A stretch of 64,000 nt of DNA from the human T2T-CHM13v2.0 reference genome, Homo sapiens. Made by a program: the position numbers and the translations under genes. Positions 30,413 through 44,520 of the stretch are shown in pieces. The notes beneath the pieces were generated by a model. The model was not told the DNA's origin. It saw nothing but the letters and a program-made list of their open reading frames with translations, and did not search any database. The DNA lies in assembly GCF_009914755.1 (NCBI RefSeq), contig NC_060928.1; one strand, 5' to 3'. Each line of letters begins with the position of its first letter. Positions within the stretch are counted from its first letter, which is position 1.

Positions 30413-31510
30413 TGTTGGAAGACAATTCTCCATGGGCTTCTCCTGTTGCTGTGCATCACGCAAAAGAAGCATTAATTGCACATTCTTTTCAAAACTGCTT
30501 TTTCAAGGATCCTTTTATAGCACATAACATTAGAAGATAGAGATTGTCATTCCTTCCAGAGCAAATGGCTACTTTGTGCATAGCTTTGGAAAATAAAGAT
30601 AGTGTCTTCTGGGAAGGCATGCTTATCCAGTATAAAAGATTAATGTTCCCTGGCTTCAGAGTTCCTCAGCTATGCTACAAGCCCACTCTGTGAGCAACTT
30701 CCACCTGGGATCCCTCCATAATATCCCCATGGGACTTGGGGGACAAAAGGAACTGGTGCATACTTGAAACTCACACTGCCCACTGGGTCTTGATTTCTAA
30801 TAAAGTTCTTTATCTCATGTAAAGTCAGGGAAGAGTCCACATGACCATTCTCATTTCTGACACCAGTGTAAAGTTTCGGGGTCACTCAGATGACACTCAG
30901 TTTTGAACATTTTCTGGAAGGACTCAGAACTCACAGAAAGCAGTTATATTATGGTGTATTACAGCAAAAATAAAAATAGAGATTAGAATCAGCCAAGAGA
31001 AGACATGCATGGGGCAGAGTGCAAGAGTGCTTCAAACATGGGGCTTCCAGTTGGAGTCACAGACAGCATTCACCCCTCCAGTAATGATGTGTAATGATAT
31101 GCACTTATTGCCAACCTGAGCCTTGGTGCCAAAGTCTTTACTGAGGTTACACCATGTTGATATGGTTTACTGCCCATGTGGTTGACGTCAGTTTCCAGGC
31201 CCTGTGGAAATTTAGATAATACAACATGACCCCAAATCCCCACTATAAATTAGGTTGTTACACTGTCTGGCATCTTCCAATGCCCCCAGGTAAATGAAGA
31301 TACTTTAATCTGGTAGCACATTCCAAGTGTTTAGAGATTACCTCCCAGGAGCTGAGGGCAAAGCCAGACCTCTGTTTGCAGGAGGTTAAATTCTTTACTG
31401 TACACGCTAGCCTGGGGCTCTCATGTTTTCTCCCGGTAGCCATGAAACTGTGGCAGGCTAACTTAGCTTGCAAATAGGGTAAAATCTCAGACTCTACACA
31501 GTTTTTGACA
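30413..31510 (+). mobile_element. ERVL-class solo LTR (LTR47-like; name tentative) split by MER21
   Basis: TG...CA termini (tgttggaagacaattctccatggg...tttttgaca); flanks AGAAT/GGAAT (5-bp TSD, one mismatch); tataaaa and aataaa inside. Confidence 0.75.
30818..31404 (-). mobile_element. MER21-type LTR nested in the preceding LTR
   Basis: gagattacctcccaggagctgagggcaaagccagacctct...ggttaaattctttactgtaca is the reverse complement of the MER21 start. Confidence 0.85.
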
Positions 31511-31691
31511 GGAATATAAAGAAAAATTTACTAGAAAATGTGCCTAGGAAAAAAGCTAACCAAGGGCCACATCATGGATTCTTTTTATCCTTACTAAAAG
31601 GTTGAATTTTATTCTCCAGTTCATTAAAATTGCATGTGTTTAGAGACACCAGTCCACATTAGAAATATTATTTTTTAACTATCACATAGCA

Positions 31692-31790
31692 TCTCTCTCT
31701 CTCTCGCTCTCTCTCTCTCTATATACACATATATATAACCATTTTATATATATACACCCTATGTGTACATATATATAGCCATGTATATAA
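31692..31790. repeat. (CT)n-(TA/CA)n compound microsatellite
   Basis: Read directly from the sequence. Confidence 0.88.
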
Positions 31791-32608
31791 TGGCAAAGTT
31801 TGCAAGTAATTAGAACGATTCAAGTTTATGAGTTTTTAGAGATAGTATTCTAGAAAACTAGAGGGTGAAGGCATTGAAGATGTTGGTAAGAAAGATATTG
31901 ATTAATGATCCAGACTATCAGCTGGATCAGAGATTCATGAAGGGATGCCTACTAATGTTAGTGTAGAAAAAGATGGGTACAGGGCAATAGAAGACAAAGG
32001 GCAGACATGAAAAGAATAAAGGAGAGAGTTATGGACTGACAGAAGAATGTAATGAAATATTGATTTGCTAGAGGTTAACACTTCATAAATGGGTCAGCTA
32101 AACTAATAACAAAATTTACTTCAAGAGAGTTGGTTCCAAGTTAAGATTGACTATGAGCAAAATTTTAGGCCAGAAAGAGCTTAGTAAATTTGCAACCAGC
32201 ATGAGCCATATACATGTGAGGCATTATGACACAATGAAAAGAATACATGCTAGAAGCCAAAATTCTAAATGAATAGGGGAGAGTAAAGTTGGTATGTGAT
32301 GGGATGGAAGTGTTATATATCATGACAAGAACCTCAAAGAAAGAAGGATAGAAAAGTAATTATCTGCAATTCTCAATTGAGAGTCAGATCGATACCCATA
32401 TTTCCCTTGTGCTGTATGAAAGATTCAACAGCTTTGATTTCAGTGGGCTTCAACGGAAAGGTCTTTAAATTAAAAAAGACCCAGGTTTCAAAATAGAAGA
32501 GGAATGAGTGAGGAGAGGGGATGTTGGGTATTCTCTGAAGAAACTAGAGACATAAGAATGTAGGAATGTGTGCTAACAGTGAAACTGGCTTACAGCAATC
32601 ATCAATGG

Positions 32609-32997
32609 TGTGACAGTTAATTTTATGTGTCAAGTTTCCTGGGCCACAGGATGCCCAGATATTTGGTTAAACATTATTTTGGATGTTCCTGTATGGATGT
32701 TTCTGGATGAGACTAACATTTGAATCAGTAGACTGAGTAAAGAAGATTGTCCTTCTAATGTGGGTAGTCCTTCTCCAATTCATTGAAGGCTGGAATAGCA
32801 AAAAACAAGAGGCTCAGTAAGGGATAATTCACTCTCTCTGCCTGCTTCATTGTCTTTGACCTGGGACATCACTCTTGCCTTTGGACTCAGATTCAGACTG
32901 GAACTCCACCATCAGCGCTCCTAAGTCTCTTAACATAACAGCTGCAGATCATGGAACTTCTATTACTTGTTCTGTTTCTCTAAGAACCAGACAAATA
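32609..32997 (+). mobile_element. MLT2 (C/D-like) solo LTR
   Basis: tgtgacagttaattttatgtgtcaa...gatgcccagatatttggttaaacattatt...aacatttgaatcagtagactgagtaaag. Confidence 0.87.
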
Positions 32998-33859
32998 GAA
33001 AAGGGGAGATTTATCAGTGGAAGGCACAATGAAAGAGAGATTGGAGAAAGAGGTACATCTAAGAAAATGAATGAGAGGTCACATGGCTATGTGGCACCAA
33101 GAATGAGAGGCCTACTAAGACTTACTTTCTGCAAGCTTCTAAGCTCACTAAGCATATGGTCCTAGCTGCAGACTAAGTCTTATTGAGTAACCAGAGTTTA
33201 ATCTTCATCAACGTTCTAAATAGGATAGTACTAAAAGGATGAGCCGGTTTCCTAGATGTCATCTCCTGGTTAAATTATCTGACACAGTATCTTGATTGTC
33301 TTAGCGTTAACAGTAGAAAGTATAGTGGCCTGGTATGAGAAGGTCAAACATCTCCCATGGCAAAGGGGGAGAAATATAGACTTTAAAAAGAAGCACTGCA
33401 ACTGGAAGCACACATATAGCTTAATGTATTGAATAATTCAGGAATGTGATAATATCTACCTGAAATAATCAGACTAAAGAGGAATTAAAGACATTAAGTG
33501 GGGAAACATTAAAATAAGAGACAGTTTTCTCAAGTGTGCTGTTACTAAGGAAACTGAACAATATATCTTTCTAAGTCCTTCATGTTTTCCTTCTATTTCT
33601 ACTTATATTTGAGAGCCATAATGTGGCTCTTTGAATGATGTGACTATGCTACTCACAGAACTGTGATCCCTAAGGAGATCTGGGCTTAAGCAAAAGCAGA
33701 TCATTAAGCATCGGGCTAAAAACAAGGTGGCATTACTTCATTTTCAATTAGCAAATTGTCCCTGCAGACTTGACATTCCTAAGTACATTAAGAGGTTCAA
33801 GTAAGGCCTGCCAGGGAAAGAAAAAAAGCAAAGAGAAGGATTAAGAACTAACATTTAAT

Positions 33860-34310
33860 GAAGTTCTTAACCTTTCTTGTTTCATAAACCTCTGGTGAAT
33901 CCTATGATCTTCTTATCAGGGTAATGCATAAAAATGCAGAGGATTACAAAAGAATTCAAGTATACTGAAATGCGGTTATCAAAATATGTTTTTAAACAGT
34001 GATGTTCTAATATGTGTACTTTATTAAGACATCAAATAATAAAATATAGTGGCATCTCTAATAATTACCATAATTTTGAAGTAGTGGTATATATAAGAAA
34101 TATTTTAGGCATCTGAAACAGAAATAATGTGATACAAAAGTATCCGTGACTTCTGTTAGTGGCAAAAATCACAGGTAGTACTAATATAGCTTGGAAGTAT
34201 TTTTAGCTTATATTTATGATGTAATAAACATTCAGTTTCATTTAGAGGTTAGGAAAAATACAGATATAATTTTTCCCATGCAACACATATACCCTCTGAA
34301 TTCTATCCAT
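33860..34310. mobile_element. hAT-Charlie DNA transposon relic (MER119-like)
   Basis: gttcttaacctt...tctggtgaatcctatg...gattacaaaagaa...gttatcaaaata. Confidence 0.6.
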
Positions 34311-34489
34311 TAACAGCAAAGAAGCTAAAAAAGAAAACCCACTGAATGGAGCCTGTTCCGTGCTATAGAAGATACAAAATGATTGAGAACTTAGCCTTGG
34401 CTTCAGGCATATTGAAATCTAACAAAGCAACCTAGACCACAGTGATCTAGGTAATAAAGAATAAGACAATCCTCTTGTAAAATTAACAA

Positions 34490-35130
34490 CAGGGATATTA
34501 CATGCTCCAGATATTATATCTCGGTATGCATTTAAGACTCTAGACCTAGAGAAACTGTCTTACATGTACGCCAGGGGCAATTATGTTATTACAGTATTCT
34601 TACCAAAATTATAAAACTGTAAACAACCTAATAGTCCATCAGTAAGAAGAGGTTTTATATAAAGTGGTATTTATTAATGAAGTGAAACATTACATGTTAA
34701 ATGGTAAAATATTGGCTGTGACACTGGCATGACAGTGATATAGGTATTGACATCACTGATCATAGCTACATATTCATGTAGGTATCAACATTATAGTAAT
34801 ATCTATGGAACCTATGGGGAAATCGCTAAGACATAAGATGCAGGAGGAAAACAGAAAGGAAAAGGAGGATGTAGACAGTATAATTCATTCATGTAACTTA
34901 AAAAATCAAAGTCAAAACAATGCTATTTATTTGTTATGGAATCCAGCCATTATCCGGGGGAATGATGGGACTAAGGATGCTATGGTAAAGTGACTTTAGC
35001 AATATTTGTAAAACAGTATATAGTAAAATATTGATAAGTATATATTCTGGGATGTAGAAATATGGACGTCTGTTATAAGATCTGAGGAGCAGATCAGAAG
35101 GAACAATGTAAAAAGTCTGATGATTCAAAA
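34490..35130 (+). mobile_element. Old L1M 3' fragment
   Basis: cctagagaaact...aaactgtaaacaacctaatagtccatcagtaag...tacagtataattcattcatgtaa-like motifs. Confidence 0.55.
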
Positions 35131-35389
35131 AAATAAAGATGAAGAAAAAAAGAAACTCTTTCCATTAGAGCATCCCAATGCTTGGTCTAGGGACTTTCAG
35201 AGGCAGAATCCGTAACACAAGGCTGTTTTTCACAGGCAACTAGGATTTTAAGGAGTCATAATACTACCACAAAATATAATCATTAATGATATTTGAATGC
35301 TCTATTTTCATGGAATATAAATGTGATTTAAAATATGAGTTTGGATGACAAACTATAATAATAATTTTTTTTACAAATTATTATTGCAT

Positions 35390-35570
35390 GCAGTGGGCTT
35401 TGTAAACATTTAATCCTGACAGAAATCCAATGAGAGTTATTTTATAGATTAGGATATTCAGGTCAGATAGGTTTGATGACTTGCCAAAGCTCACACAGCC
35501 TATGGTAGGAGATAAGAAGTAAACTCATGCAGACACTCCAGAGCTCATGCTCCCAAGCACAGTTCCGTAC
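35390..35570 (-). mobile_element. MIR
   Basis: catttaatcct...ttttatagat...tgacttgccaaagctcacacagc. Confidence 0.7.
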
Positions 35571-37886
35571 ATGTGCGAGCACACCCATGATCGACCAAGA
35601 CTCAGAGCTCCCGAGGAAGCAATCAGTGATATGTCAAAAGCCTGAGGTTGCATCTTTTCTGCAATCAGATCTTTATTGAGTGCCTATCCTATGCTAGGTT
35701 CCATCTCAAGAGGTTTTATGTATATGTGTCATTTCTTAATTATTAAAAAATACATTTGAAAAACTACCATTTGCAAGATACCATGAACGAATGCTGATAC
35801 AAATAAAGATGAAGTATGAGGCCTGAAATGAAGGAGATTGTAATCTAGAGCAAAACCAACGTATAAACTGCTAATAATATTACATGCTTTAACCAATTTG
35901 TTGGAAATTTGTCAAAGGAGTTTAAAATAAAATTTAAGGTGGAAATAAAATCCTCGCCATAGTAAAATGGCAAAGCCCAATGCTGAGGGGGGAAATATAA
36001 TATATAAGGATAAAAAGTAAAATAAGAGTTACTAAATAATTCTTAGAAAAATGGTGATTTCTAGAAGCCAATAAGGGTTTTTATTTTAAGAAAAGAGTTG
36101 TCATAACAGGACTATGTTATAACAAGCATTTTGATTTAACCAAACACTTAGTCAAATTCACCTTAAGGACCAATGGAGTGTCAGATGTCATGGCCTGTCA
36201 AAAGGGACAGTCCTCTTACAACAGCCTCTAGCATAGTTTCTAAAATAAAAACAAAAACAAACAAAATTCTTCAACCACATATATTCACTAAACAATTCAG
36301 ATTCAAGTAAGTAACAAATAAATTTCCATTAAAATTTGAACACGACACTTAAAATGTCCACTTAAACTGTATGTTTAAAAATACTTTCTAAAATATTGTA
36401 CTCAAATATGTAACTAAAAGTAAACTACTAAAATTATATTCCCCAAAGCAACTCTTCATAAAAATCTGTAGATCCTTATCTAAGACAGTTGCATATTTAT
36501 TTCTCATTTTATGCTCCACATTTATGTATGTTTTAAATTTCAGCCTAAAAAAATCATACAGCCTGATGGTTATTGATCCTCAAGCCCTGCCCCCAAAGGC
36601 TGTGTAGACACACTGAATATAACTGCTTTGTTTGTATCAAATGGGACTTTTTGCTTCTTGAAGAATGAGTAACACTCGTTTTATTTTTTCAATTTGGCGA
36701 TTTCTGGTTTTTATTTATACACTTTGATAGAAAAGCCAATTTAAGATAATGAAATTTTTCTACCATACCAGTAATGTAGAAACACATATATTGAATGGAA
36801 AATTAGTAGGACCATGATAGTTAAAAATGCATGCCTTTACTTAATTCATCCAACAATGTAATGAGTACCTACTACTTGCAAGGTAATGAATTGCACATAT
36901 ACAAATAAGTCAGAAATAGCTCTGGCCCTCATGGAAAGTTTCATATTGTTACTATGTTTTATTCCTTTGGTTTATGCCTGTTATTTCCATGGTAATTAAC
37001 TGCTCTTATAAAATCAGAGGATATTACTCACTCTTGTATCAATACTAAAAATGTAAATCCAGCCTAGTAACTTCAGGTAAAACAGAACAAAACCAACATT
37101 CATTCTTAAAATGGAACTATAAATTCTGAGATATTCTCATAATTCAAACTATTCCTGCTTATTGTCCACAAATATCTAAAAGCCCACAAGAAATAGTTTT
37201 TCAGCATCTGAGGCTGTGTTAAAATTCTTCCTCATAGGAATTTACAAATTTTTCTAAAGTTTCTTCCACCAAAGTTTCCGAATAATAAGAAAGGGAGGCT
37301 CTATGGTTAAGTAATGTGGGGAAAGAATGTGTTGAAATCATCTAAAACCAGTGTATTTACTGTATAATTTCTCAGACCTTTGAGTATGCTAATGTGCATT
37401 GTAACTCACAACAAAATATATCGAATGCAGAATGTAGCATTTCATCAACTTATTTGACTTTGAAACTCTTTATTCAAGTTCTACAAGTACTATTTCTGAG
37501 AAATATATTTTGGGGAAAAAATAGGCTAGACAAGCACTTAGGAAGTTGATGAATTCTAAGAGCAAACATGGCTTCACTAAGAAGTCATTTCAGTTAAGCC
37601 ATTTCCAGTTTTAAATTACTGAACTGTTGTGCCTAGGAGTAGCAGAAAGCATATCTGAGTTTCAGGAAAGTATTTCTTCATGACAGCAGGAAATGTGGGC
37701 TAGATGACAGTTTAATTATTTGCCATCACATCAGGTGAAATGAATTAATGCAAATTAATGAATTCATTATTATTTATGAATGTCCAGTTTGTGGACTGAC
37801 CTTGTAATCCACAGTCTTCGTGAGAAGACAGATGAATTATCACTAAATCTGCAGGAAACAGGAAGAGACAGCTGATATACCAATTC

Positions 37887-38100
37887 AGTTGTAAACAACT
37901 TTTTCTGTAAATGACAAGAGAGTACATATCTTAAGTTTTGTGGGCCATACAGTCTTTGTCATAAGTACTTCCCTGTTACAGCAGAAACGCAACCATAGAC
38001 AGTTTATAAACAAATGAGCATGATTGTGTTACAATGAAACTTTGTTTACAGAACACGCAGTGAACTGGATTTGGCCCACAGGCCATAGTTTTCTAACCCT
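37887..38100. mobile_element. MER58A (hAT-Charlie MITE)
   Basis: tttttctgtaaa...tgtgggccatacagtct...ccatagaca...ggatttggcccacaggccatagttt. Confidence 0.88.
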
Positions 38101-38129
38101 TTTATTAGTTGTCAGAGATGGACAAAAAG

Positions 38130-38730
38130 AATCAGTGGTCTGGCACAATTGACTAGATCAATGAAAATGAAATTTAACAGATTTAACATTTTTGCATTTC
38201 AAGCCAATAATTCAACTTCATAAGTATTAGAAAAAGATGGATGGCTTAATAGTACAGTTTAACATAATTGGAAGCTCAATATTCCTCTATTTAATGTGTC
38301 TCCCAAGGAAGACAGTGCTCCATCTGTAGCACCAGAGAAGCACCAAATAAAACATTGCCTGGGTCAAACTATACTGGGAGTGTTGGATCAAATTCTAGAT
38401 CATCCATTTGAAAAGTGCTTTGCAAACAGGAGAGCATACACAAGAGAATGGTTGTTTTCCTGAGACAGTAAGGCATGTTATAAGATAAATTGTTTTAAAG
38501 AAAGGGACAATTTAATCTGGAGAATGGAAGACTTCAGTGTACCATACCTCTGTCTTCAGACATGCTAATCCAGATGGATTAGATTCCTCCTCAGTTTTTC
38601 CTGAAGTCAAACTGGGAATCATTAAATGTTGAAAAAGTAGGGCAAAATTTAGATTCAACAAAAGAAAGAAATTTTTAAACAAATGTAGCTGTCCCCCAAT
38701 GAAATAGATAGATGTATTTTCCCTATGGAG
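38130..38730 (+). mobile_element. L3/CR1 relic (continues ~39070-39190)
   Basis: aaaatgaaatttaacaga...atactgggagtgttggatcaaattct...tttaatctggagaa. Confidence 0.6.
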
Positions 38731-38731
38731 G

Positions 38732-39068
38732 TGTATTTGTCTGTTCGTGCACTGCTTTAAAGACATACACAACACTGGGTAATTTATCAAGAAAAGAGGT
38801 TTAATTGACTCATGGTTCCACATGGCTGGGAAGCCCTTTAGAAACTTACAATTATGGCAGAATGCGCGAGAAAATAAGTTTGTGTCAGTGCAGGAAAAAC
38901 TACCATTTATAAAACCATCATATCTCATGAGAATTCACTCAATATGATGATAACAGCATGGGGGCACCCACCCCCATAATCCAATCACTTCCCAGGTCTC
39001 TCCATAAATACCTGGGGATTACAATTCAAGATGAGATTTGGGTGGGGAAACAAGCCCTAACCATATCA
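38732..39068 (-). mobile_element. THE1D/MSTA-type MaLR LTR
   Basis: aagaggtttaattgactcatggttccacatggctggg...gattacaattcaagatgagatttgggtgggga...aaccatatca. Confidence 0.92.
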
Positions 39069-39618
39069 GGAGGAAACCTTCAGGTATTGATGAAGTCTCT
39101 CTGACTACTTGGGGAGACATTACAGAATGATTCAATTACTAACTAGGAGATGGGTGCTAATAGTTTATTTTCAACTCTAAAAATCTCTAACTTTATCAGT
39201 GTTGAAGTTCAAGTCATCAACTCTCTTAATCATGCAATTTTTAAGCTAAGTTTTTAAACTACCATTTTTTAAACTAAGTTTTAATTTCTAGACTGAATGT
39301 CAATAAATTCCTTTGCTAATTCGAATTAGAATTTTACCTCTATTACTTGTCTTGCACTTGTTAACTTTTTAGCACAATGTCTACTCAGGTTTAAAATAAA
39401 ATGTTTGTGATGGAGCATAATAAAGTATTGGACATTAATATTGGTATTTATAATGGTTAACAGTAACTGTGATTGATTAAGGACAACAGCATGCCCTTGG
39501 TTTCTGTCTTTGGTTTTAGTATTTACAATGCAATATGACTTTTTAAAAAGCAAGCTATGCAGAAAATGTGTAAATTTTTGATGTGTAATGTGTAAATGAT
39601 GAGAAACTGCTATCTCAC

Positions 39619-39641
39619 CATCAAGTTGCAATCGAGCTAAG
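39619..39641 (-). CDS. Candidate micro-exon, 23 nt: (S)LARLQLD (18 nt if the AG 5 nt downstream is used)
   Basis: Acceptor tcaatgttgctatttgtag|, donor GATG|gtgaga; open only in phase 2; contains a CpG; repeat-free flanks. Confidence 0.55.
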
Positions 39642-41194
39642 CTACAAATAGCAACATTGATTATAATAAGACTTTGAACTGACCTTGTTCTGCAGATAGA
39701 TTTTGCATCAGTGTTCTTTGCAGTGTTTACTGGTATATCTGAAACATTTATTCTTGTAATTTGACAATTTGTGCACGTTGAATTAATAATTAAATCGACA
39801 TGATTAATTCAACATGCACAAATCTTCAAATTAGAAGAAATGTTGAAATTAATGTTGAAATTATTATTGTGTGATATCTGTACAAGTTAGCTACCTGTGG
39901 TTAGTATTCTTACAATTTCTCTCTCCCTCAGCCCTATCATTGGTTTCTGTTCTTATCTCACTGAAAAGTACTACGAAGTTTAGCGAGTATTTACTTTCAG
40001 GACTTATCAATTTAAATTACAAATTAGTTTTAACTTGTGAATTCAAAGATATGAGAGTTGAAAAAACTTCACAGAAAAAGAAAATCCTTGGAAAAGACTA
40101 TAAAATACAGAGAAGAAATATGTTATCTTAAAAGGAAGAGGGAAGAGTGTTATTTTTAAGTTGAAATAGTATTTTTCCCTGAATCTGCAACTGAGGAACT
40201 ATCCCATTAGAGGAAGTTTACAGAGTAAAACTTTTTTCTCCTCTAGACAAAAGTCAGTCTATGATAAGAAGATATCAGAATTAATTTGTATACTTCTTAG
40301 CTGTTTTCATTAAAACTGAACATGGCCTATAACTGGAATGGAGGGAATTGTCTCTTTTAATTGGCTGAATGATTCTTTATTCTCTTACGCAGGTGTCAGC
40401 CTGTGGCAGGGGGCACATTCAGTGACATAGTGTTGAGTATAGAAATGGTATTATCTTGCTGTCCAAAGGAAAGTTCAGGAAAAAACATCACAAAATTAAA
40501 AATAGAAAATATGGTTACGTTATTTTTATCTACCTTCTCTTTAATCACTGAGAAATAAAATTGTTTAAAACAATACTGAAAACATCTTGGATAATGTGAG
40601 GAATACATGAAGATATGAATGTTCTTTGCATGAATATTGTCGGCTGTGACAGCTCATTCCACTTCTGGATTATAACGTGCTTCTTTAGGTCTTAGTATTA
40701 TTGGTTTGTTTTAAATTTTATCATCTGGCTGCACTGTATACAACTTACTCAAAGGAATCTTTTCGTATTTTAGTATTGTATATCATTTAAAAACATGATA
40801 AAAATGTTTTCAATACAATTTTTATTTCCAAGATAGTGTCAGAAAAGTATATTTAGTATAAGTAAATATTATGCTCCATTAAAAACAGTTAAGCTTTTAA
40901 TAAACTTGCCTAGTAAAATTCTTTATCACCATTTTCTTATTGAAAACTGGTTTTTGGAGGATGTTGTTCCGATAGATATTAATAAAGATGCCTTTATATC
41001 AAAGTGTTCCATGGCCATCTTCTTGAAAATTTACGTTATTAGATTCCAGGAAGCCCTATATGTTTAACTTTATTTTTTCCCATAATTTCTGGGCTTATTT
41101 TAGGGATAAACATTATTTAACGGTCTTCAGTTTAGAAAAGCTAAAATAAAAGCTCTTTTTCTGTAACAAACTGAATTCATTTACTGAGATATTC

Positions 41195-41660
41195 TGTCTA
41201 AATCAGGATAAGCAATGCTAGCTGTTCTAATAAAGAACCCTAAAATTACAGTGGTTTAGTATGGGAAATGTTTATTTCTCGTTAGCACAAAATCCAAAGT
41301 CAATGAGCTTCATCCACTGTTTCTTGTAGGTGGCTCTTCTCCAAACAGTGTATCAGAGATTTGATATCCTTCTATCTCCAACTTCTTAGATTCTTTGCTT
41401 AAGAACCCAATCAACTAGAGAAAAAGCATGGCAAATTGCATAGGATGATCTTTGCTTAAGAACCCAGCAAACTAGAGAAAAAGCATGGGAGATTATATAG
41501 GATGTTTCATGTCTGGGCATGGAAATGCAGGAGTATGTCACTTTTCCTCATGTTACATGGACCAAAACTTAATCACATTGATCTATTTAGATACAGGGAA
41601 GACTATAAAATATAGACTACTGTGACTTAAGGAGTAGAAGAGAAATGGATATTTGTAAAT
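41195..41660 (-). mobile_element. Old MLT1 (J/K-like) LTR containing a ~57-bp tandem duplication
   Basis: tgtctaaatcaggataagcaatgctagctg...cagtggtttag...tttatttctc; duplicated units at 41392-41447 and 41449-41504. Confidence 0.72.
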
Positions 41661-42607
41661 ATTGACAAAAATTGTTTATGCTGATTTTGTAAATTATGGT
41701 TCAATCAATATTTAAAGTGTAAATGTTGTCTTTGGAAAGTGTAAGAGTATCAAACCATTTGTAACTCAAAGGTCAAGAAGAAATTATTTTTAGATCTTAT
41801 ATATATAGTCTCATTACCTATTAACATATTGTGTATGTGTATAGTAATTTCAAGTCCAAATTTTAAAACCTGTTTAATAAAGTCTCTTGACTATAACATA
41901 TCTAATAGCATTCTTTATAAGTACCTGATAAATTATCATGGTAATTATCAATATTTAAATTATCATGGGCATTTTGATCATAGCAATTAACTGATTTGGG
42001 AAGTCAAATTAATTTAGATACAACATATAATATGAACGAATAATTATGATAGATTCTAAGGACATGTTATATATGGATATACATATACATGGAGCATTTA
42101 TTTAAATGGATAACCATAATATATTATATGGCTAATTTTTTTAATGTTGGTAATATGTGACTTCATCCATTCTAAGGATTAAATAATTACATAAAGAACA
42201 TATGCACAAAGCAAACTCAAGCAAAAAATATTTTTAAAGTCTGACCAAAATTAGCAAAAGGAAAAAAAAATCAGTATCTTTATCAGTAAATGTTTATCTC
42301 TTTGTTTTCACTAATGGGATTCACTAAAAAATTAACTTATTATTTATATGCTGTGGCATAATCAAAAGCTTGTAACCCTAATGAAGTGGAAAATAATAAT
42401 AATAAAAATCAAGAAAAAACATATCTTCAGTGTGGCCCTGGGCTGATGCTTCTTATATCACTTTTAAAAACCTTGTCCACAAATCATCAGCCTTACGCAG
42501 ATCACAATAAAATCGGCAGGACCTTATGCCCTACTTTACTGAGATTGAGGTCTCTTGCATAGGGCCATCAACTAACACAGAAAAAAACTATCCATTTAAT
42601 TTACAAA

Positions 42608-42635
42608 TACACACACACACACACACACTCACACA
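42608..42635. repeat. (CA)n microsatellite
   Basis: Read directly from the sequence. Confidence 0.9.
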
Positions 42636-43169
42636 CCTCTTTATATTCACTTTCTCTCTGAAAAAGAAATGGTATTCTAATATATAGTTCATCTTCCTGT
42701 ACTCTGTGTCTCTCACTGTTTAAAAACTTTGTTATTAAACTATACTTTCTATTATATCTTCTAACTCTGTGACTTTCTTATGCATTGTCTTTCTAAATGC
42801 TCAGGTATCTTCATCCAATAAGTAGATTCATGCAACCCTTCAGCTCTGCTGCTCCTTCAAGCTCAGTCTTTTTTCTCCTTCATCAAATTAGCTGAAAGGT
42901 ATTGATCTCCAATACGCCTAGCACCACACCACTCCCTCTTTCCATTACTTTCCTATGCTCTGTCTTCTCTGTTTATCTAGTAAAGCTCCTCCTGCTAATG
43001 TACCTGCAGCTTCCAAATCTCCAAGCCATAAGGATTTTCCCAGTTCTTTTCAACCTTATTCTCTCTATAGTTTATCTTTCCCTGGCCTCTATGACAGAAG
43101 ATCATTTGATTTTTTTTTTCAAATGATTTTAGCATTTCCTTTTTGTATTTTGTTTTTATTTGTTTTAAT

Positions 43170-44520
<1,351 letters not shown>

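Noticed and set aside
36162-36194. 33-nt minus-strand segment (AMTSDTPLVLK) with a good acceptor
   Set aside because: Open only in phase 0 and weak donor (gtgaat); does not fit between its phase-1 neighbours.
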